64,000 bases of DNA, from NCBI GenBank assembly GCA_964016885.1, contig OZ024742.1, forward strand, positions 246,016,001 through 246,080,000. The letters run 5' to 3'. Position numbers and translations under genes: made by a program. This DNA comes from Eledone cirrhosa. Its lineage: Eukaryota. The notes below the pieces were generated by a model that was given only the letters and a program-made list of their open reading frames with translations, ran no database searches and was not told the DNA's origin. Below, piece after piece: positions 62,450 to 64,000 of this stretch; positions within the stretch are counted from its first letter, which is position 1, and the number at the start of each line of letters is the position of its first letter.

Positions 62450-63809
62450 CAAGACCAACACAAGCACCCCACCACCTCTACCATTCTTATAGACAGTATT
62501 ACACTCATTGTTATCCCCTTTTGAAATTTACTTTATTTTAATTATCTTCTACAATTTTAATATGACATTTGTATGGACCTACAATTCTTGGAGTGTTATG
62601 GGGTAGGGAACACACAGATTTAGGGCTGGATTAACCATTAAGCAATGCTTCTAGGCCACCATTTTATTCAAATTAGTTTTACTTATTCCCCAAAAATCAT
62701 TTTTTGCAGGCTATATAAATATAGGGGCACCATAATTTTTTAAGTGCTGAGTGTCTCAAAAGGACTTAATCTGACCCTGCTCAGAATAAGGCTGTTGTTA
62801 TTTAGCCCCCAACCCATCCCATGTCAACACTAAAGTATTCTATCCATAACCAACTTTTATACAGACATAGTGTATCTAAGATTACATTATCTAACATGTC
62901 CTTCCTGTTTTGAGAAGTGGGGTTTGAAGGATATTTTTCTGCTTTTTCTAATAGATAAAGATACCACATACAGGTTTCTTCATTATTGTTGTTAATGTTT
63001 AGCTCTAAGTCATTTCTCATCCAGTAGATGTATAATAAAAGACGTTCCAGTCATGACCATCCAATTTTTTAATATTTAGGGCTACATAATCCAATGTATT
63101 CTTCCATGTTTTTAAGAGTAAGATGTAATTTGATGATGATTTGGCTCCTATCTCTGTAGCAGGTTAAGTGACATGGTAGGTTGTCCCACTCGAAGTGTAT
63201 GAAGGCAAGTTAAAGGTGAATACATCTATGACTCCTTGACTGTCGCTTATTTAAAGTACTTAAGCCCGGTGGAGCCTAGCTTGCTCTAAGCTAGAACTAG
63301 GTTATCAGATATAGCTATTGTTGGCCTTGTGCCTAAATCAGAAACCATTATTATCAGTGAATGGGCCTGCTCTGAGTATATGCCTGTAAATTGGAGGAGG
63401 ACAACTGGGTCAGGGCACTTGCCCTAGAGATCAGAGTACTTGTGGTTTTATGGGGTTTTATTTTCCATGAGCGGCGCTTAAATGTCTCCTCCCTATAAAA
63501 TGTTATTATTGTTACCTTTCTTTCATTACTGTTAAGCCTGTTTACAAGCAAAACCCACACACCAACACACACACAATGTTTTTTGCCATGTGTAGTCGTA
63601 ATGTTTTCTTACTATAAACCCTTTGTGGTGAATAAAGAAATCAACCATTTTTATTATTCTAAAAAAATAAGAAACCATTATTATCATTCGTAATGCTTTT
63701 GTTCTGGCAGATGTTAGAGCGAGCCATAGCCAATGTCCTTTGGGTCATTCCTTCTACTTCAACCTTCTAACACTCTCCATAGAATCCTTGCTGTTCATTA
63801 TTATTACTA

Positions 63810-63995
63810 TGGCGGTGGATTGGCATCGGTAGAGGGTCGGACGGCATGCTTTGACGCATAGAGTTACGGCCCTTTCCATTCTGAGTTCAAATCCCGCCGA
63901 AATTAACTTTGCCTTTCATCCTTACGGGGTCGATAAAATAAAGTACCAGTAATACACTGGGTAATTGCTGACCTTGTGCCAGAAACAATTATTAC
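63810..63995 (+). mobile_element. tRNA-derived SINE (Meta-domain-like)
   Basis: Near-identical to 17820-18010. Confidence 0.78.
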
Positions 63996-64000
63996 TATGG

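Noticed and set aside
57521-64000. Additional upstream dynein exon
   Set aside because: No dynein-like peptide was recognised on the minus strand; the region is treated as intron, though a small exon could have been missed.

Overview
AT-rich, repeat-dense animal genomic DNA; the SINE/LINE/microsatellite repertoire suggests a cephalopod such as Octopus (inference). The window lies inside one minus-strand gene, an axonemal dynein heavy chain most like DNAH3. Fourteen GT-AG exons (57520 down to 698; 2,680 nt, about 893 codons) join in consistent phase and encode the end of AAA3, AAA4 and the stalk/microtubule-binding domain. The introns hold a full-length but decayed Tx1/L1-clade LINE with a tandem truncated copy inside a (GATA/GGAT)n array, and a near-intact 4.3-kb RTE LINE whose ORF2 carries a PHD finger. 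They also hold further RTE and R4/Dong remnants, tRNA-derived SINEs, piggyBac/hAT-like MITEs, a non-autonomous Helitron, and mini/microsatellites. The most unusual signal is a set of short non-coding fold-back or tandem elements, mostly next to (TA)n. These carry type I hammerhead ribozyme motifs from several sequence-unrelated families (Penelope-like pLTR/retrozyme type), and two near-complete ones lie in the sense of the dynein pre-mRNA. All calls are from reading the sequence; no searches were run.
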